DNA from: Chiloscyllium plagiosum
Lineage: Eukaryota
Length of the DNA stretch: 53,835 nt
Assembly (NCBI RefSeq): GCF_004010195.1
Contig: NC_057757.1
Coordinates: forward strand, 2,735,813 to 2,789,647
Direction of reading: 5' to 3'
How positions within the stretch are numbered: the stretch's first letter is position 1; every line of letters starts with the position of its first letter. Positions 50,529-53,835 of this stretch are shown here, one piece after another. The notes under the pieces were generated by a model. It was not told the DNA's origin and searched no databases. It saw only the letters and a list, made by a program, of their open reading frames with translations. The translations under genes were made by a program, and so were the position numbers.

Positions 50529-50656
50529 TCCAATTCTGTCCAGCCATGCGATAGGAAGGATATTATTATACTGAAGAGGGTTCAAGGTTTGTGCGAAGAT
50601 TTGTAGCTCGGGTGCTCGTTGTTGTGGTTCTGTTCGCCGAGCTGGGAATTTGTGTT

Positions 50657-50696
50657 GCAGACGTTTCGTCCCCTGTCTAGGTGACATCCTCAGTGC
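50657..50696 (-). ncRNA. Minimal hammerhead ribozyme motif (family C) with GUC cleavage triplet
   Basis: GCA-CUGAGGA-U-GUCACC-UAGACA-GGGGAC-GAAAC-GUC-UGC; stem I GCA/UGC. Confidence 0.75.
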
Positions 50697-50858
50697 TTGG
50701 GAGCCTCCTGTGAAGTGCTTCTGTGATCTTTCCTCCGGCAAGATCTTCCTGAAGAGGGTTCAGAAAAGATTTACCGGGATGTTGCCTGGGTATGGAGGGG
50801 TTGGGTTATATGGAGAGGCTGGGACTCTATTTCACTGGAGCACGGGAAGTTTAGGGGC

Positions 50859-51358
50859 NNNNNNNNNNNNNNNNNNNNNNNNNNNNNNNNNNNNNNNNNN
50901 NNNNNNNNNNNNNNNNNNNNNNNNNNNNNNNNNNNNNNNNNNNNNNNNNNNNNNNNNNNNNNNNNNNNNNNNNNNNNNNNNNNNNNNNNNNNNNNNNNNN
51001 NNNNNNNNNNNNNNNNNNNNNNNNNNNNNNNNNNNNNNNNNNNNNNNNNNNNNNNNNNNNNNNNNNNNNNNNNNNNNNNNNNNNNNNNNNNNNNNNNNNN
51101 NNNNNNNNNNNNNNNNNNNNNNNNNNNNNNNNNNNNNNNNNNNNNNNNNNNNNNNNNNNNNNNNNNNNNNNNNNNNNNNNNNNNNNNNNNNNNNNNNNNN
51201 NNNNNNNNNNNNNNNNNNNNNNNNNNNNNNNNNNNNNNNNNNNNNNNNNNNNNNNNNNNNNNNNNNNNNNNNNNNNNNNNNNNNNNNNNNNNNNNNNNNN
51301 NNNNNNNNNNNNNNNNNNNNNNNNNNNNNNNNNNNNNNNNNNNNNNNNNNNNNNNNNN
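50859..51358. other. Exactly 500-N gap, likely an arbitrary scaffolding join
   Basis: Round fixed length, unlike the 886, 444 and 16 N gaps; gene content is incompatible across it. Confidence 0.85.
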
Positions 51359-51436
51359 GAAACGGAAATGGAAGATCCCAGCGTAGTCCCCCGGTCGCTT
51401 CGGATCCCATTCCTGACCCCCATGATCCGGGATCAC
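51359..51436 (-). CDS. Calpain-5/6-like exon, truncated by the gap
   Basis: CCGCAG acceptor then VIPDHGGQEWDPKRPGDYAGIFHFRF, matching the CAPN5/CAPN6 protease-domain motif QEWDP...YAGIFHF. Confidence 0.93.
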
Positions 51437-51596
51437 CTGCGGGAATATTTCCAGACGGTCAACCCCAGCCACCACCTCGGAAACCTACACCCAGACAACC
51501 GGTCCCCACCCCTCGGTGATCATCATGGCTCCCACACGGGATCCCGAACCCGACAGACCCCGAAACCCGGATCTCTGGTGTTCCCCATGGACTGCA

Positions 51597-51900
51597 CCCC
51601 TGTCCTGGGAGTGTTTGATGGGGTATAGTGTAGAGGGAGTTTTACTCTGTATCTAACCCGTGCTGTCCCTGTTCTGGGAGTGTTTGATGGGGACAGTGTA
51701 GAGGGAGCTTTACTCTGTATCTAACCCCCTGCTGTCCCTGTCTTGGGAGTGTTTGATGGGGGACAGTGTAGAGGGAGCATTACTCTGTATCTAACCCCAT
51801 GCTGTCCCTGTCCTGGGGAGTGTTTGATGGGGGACAGTGTAGAGGGAGCTTTACTCTGTATATAACCCCGTGCTGTCCCTGTCCTGGGAGTGTTTGATGA
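51597..51900. repeat. About 70-bp minisatellite (about 4.4 copies) in the calpain intron
   Basis: GGGAGTGTTTGATG recurs at about 51607, 51676, 51745, 51816, 51886. Confidence 0.9.
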
Positions 51901-51999
51901 GGATAATTTGTCGGATTAGTGTATCTGTCCGTAACCTTACCCTCCCCCACACCCTTACCCCCCCGGTGGAGGGGAAGAATGACACGGAAAGTTCCGGAC

Positions 52000-52131
52000 C
52001 TTTTTCCATAGCGAGGGCTCTGTTGCCAGGCAGGAACAGGCCGCCACAAACCAGCAGTTTCCCAGACTCCCCTGGTTCAGATCCTGCGAGCTGATCCCAT
52101 CCACGAACAACCGGGGATCCTCGCAGAGTTC
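52000..52131 (-). CDS. Calpain-5/6-like exon carrying the catalytic cysteine (132 nt; not in the ORF track)
   Basis: [50 protein letters not shown] acceptor, AAG|GTCCGG donor; phase 0 into the next exon; Cys codon at 52056-52054. Confidence 0.95.
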
Positions 52132-52994
52132 CTGTGGGGAAGAACGGGGTCAGAGGTCACGCGGTTCAGGTGGTCAAGACGGCCGGATCGAGACACCGGG
52201 GAGCGGTAGGCCCCAGGCTTCCAGCAATGAAGCCTTTCCCGTTAGGCCCGCTCCCGTCAGGACGCGATTACAAGAGTGCCAAAACACAAACACGCAAAAC
52301 GAACAAGCTCCGCAAGACAGTCAGCAAAAGCCGATTGGCATTTGCGTTGCCGGTGAGAACGCGGGGGATCTCCCGTCACCAACAACAGCAAATTTAAAAC
52401 AAAACTTCCCAGCAGCCTCTTCTTCGGGCAGAGAACCTGCATTTCTGTAGCGCCTTCCCTGCCACCTCACTTTGACAGCCTGACAGAGCGTCATGGGCAG
52501 CTATCCGAATTCGGCGCCAGCTGGGCAAGCAGTCGCTGACAGGGGTTGGGGGGGGGGGGGTCACAAAATGGCTCCCAGGCTTTGGTGATCGGGGTAGGGG
52601 GGGGTGCGGGTAAAGGGTGGGGGAGTGGAGGGAGGGTGTTAACTACCCTTCCCCCTTTCAGAGAACCATCCGAGGGACCTTTACCCTGCCTCGGTATGGC
52701 ACCATCGGCAGTGCGGCACCAACCCTCGACCGGCCCAGTAGAAATGGTGGCAAACAGTAGTTTGATAGCGGGGTGAGAGAGAGCTGCTCTTCTGCCCTCT
52801 GCTCGTCAGGACCACATGCAAGAATGCCAAATTCCCAATCCGCCATATTGTGACAGGATGAAAGGGTTCCGATTGGTTGGCTGGTGGTGTCTGATTGGCC
52901 GAGGCGTCGCCATGGAGAACACAACTATGGGCCCAGTTCTCCCGTGACTCAGAAGGAGGCAAACGCGGGCCCCTTGTGTAAGAAACACTGCTTC

Positions 52995-53762
52995 TTTGAA
53001 CTCCTTGAAAGTGGAGTCGCAGGTAGATAGGATAGTGAAGGCAGCGTTTGGTATGCTTTCCTTTATTGGTCAGAGTAGATTAGATTTAGATTACCTACAG
53101 TGTGGAAACAGGCCCTTCGGCCCAACAAGTCCACTCCGACCCGCCGAAGCGAAACCCACCCATACCCCTACATTTACCCCTTATATTGCATGCAATTCCG
53201 GTCTCCTTCCTATCGGAAAGATGTTGGGAATCTTGAAAGGGTTCTGTAGAGATTTACAAGGATGTTGCCAGGGTTGGAGGATTTGAGCTACAGGGAGAGG
53301 CTCAACAGACTGGGGCTGCTTTCCCTGGTGCGTTGGAGGCTGAGGGGTGACCTTACAGAGGTTTATAAAATCATGAGCGGCGTGGATAGGATAAATAGAC
53401 AAGGCCTTTTCCCTGGCGTCGGGGAGTCCAGAACTAGAGGGCACAGGTTTAGGGTGAGAGGGGAAAGATATAAAAGAGACCTAAGGGGCAGCTTTTCACA
53501 CAGAGGGTGGTACGTGAATGGAATGAGCTGCCAGAGGAAGTGGTGGAGGCTGGTACAATTACAGCGTTTAAGAGGCATTTGGATGGGTATATGAACAGGA
53601 AGGGTTTGGAGGGATATGGGCCGGGTGCTGGCTGGTGGGACTACATTGGGTTGGGATATCTGGTCAGCATGGACGGGTTGGGCCGAAGGGTCTGTTTCCA
53701 TGCTGTACATCTCTATGACTCTATGACTATGTGAGGGACATGGATAGGGTGAATAGACAAGG
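52995..53762 (+). mobile_element. CR1-type LINE 3' part with an inserted SINE tail (about 53078-53183, minus)
   Basis: MLPGLEDLSYRERLNRLGL...RLRGDLTEVYKIM...SRTRGHRFRVRGE; (CTATGA)n tail. Confidence 0.9.
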
Positions 53763-53835
53763 TTGGAAATGTGTTGCTGGAAAAGCGCAGCAGGTCAGGC
53801 AGCATCCAAGGAACAGGAGAATCGACGTTTCGGGC

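Noticed and set aside
51361..51519. Proline-rich plus-strand peptide ending PPPRKPTPRQPVPTPR
   Set aside because: Antisense shadow of the calpain exon and its intron
52662..52772. Plus-strand exon-like segment as the next TAF6 exon
   Set aside because: The phase required by the preceding TAF6 exon hits a stop, and no frame resembles TAF6

Overview
Repeat-rich vertebrate genomic DNA, very probably a cartilaginous fish (shark-type HE1/V-SINEs, Deu-domain SINEs, CR1-type LINE ends, many Penelope-like elements). Spliced genes were reconstructed by hand from GT-AG boundaries. (1) A complete six-exon CNPY4 (minus strand, 36603->18664, 235 aa). (2) Head-to-head with it, the first four coding exons of TAF6 (plus strand, 41422-49175); the rest was not found in the window. 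(3) After an exactly 500-N gap, two exons of a calpain-5/6-like protease with an intact catalytic Cys (minus strand, 52131-52000 and 51436-51359). A probable non-coding first exon of a fourth gene leaves the window on the left. Non-genic highlights: minimal hammerhead-ribozyme motifs from four Penelope-like families with family-specific stem I pairs, short fold-back insertions with 12-18 bp target-site duplications, a 2.55-kb inverted Penelope-like insertion, and SINE-internal 53-bp minisatellites. TAF6 retains the alternative 5' splice site that yields the human TAF6-delta isoform. Most ORF-track entries are repeat-derived or spurious. Repeat boundaries are approximate; exon boundaries were counted by hand.
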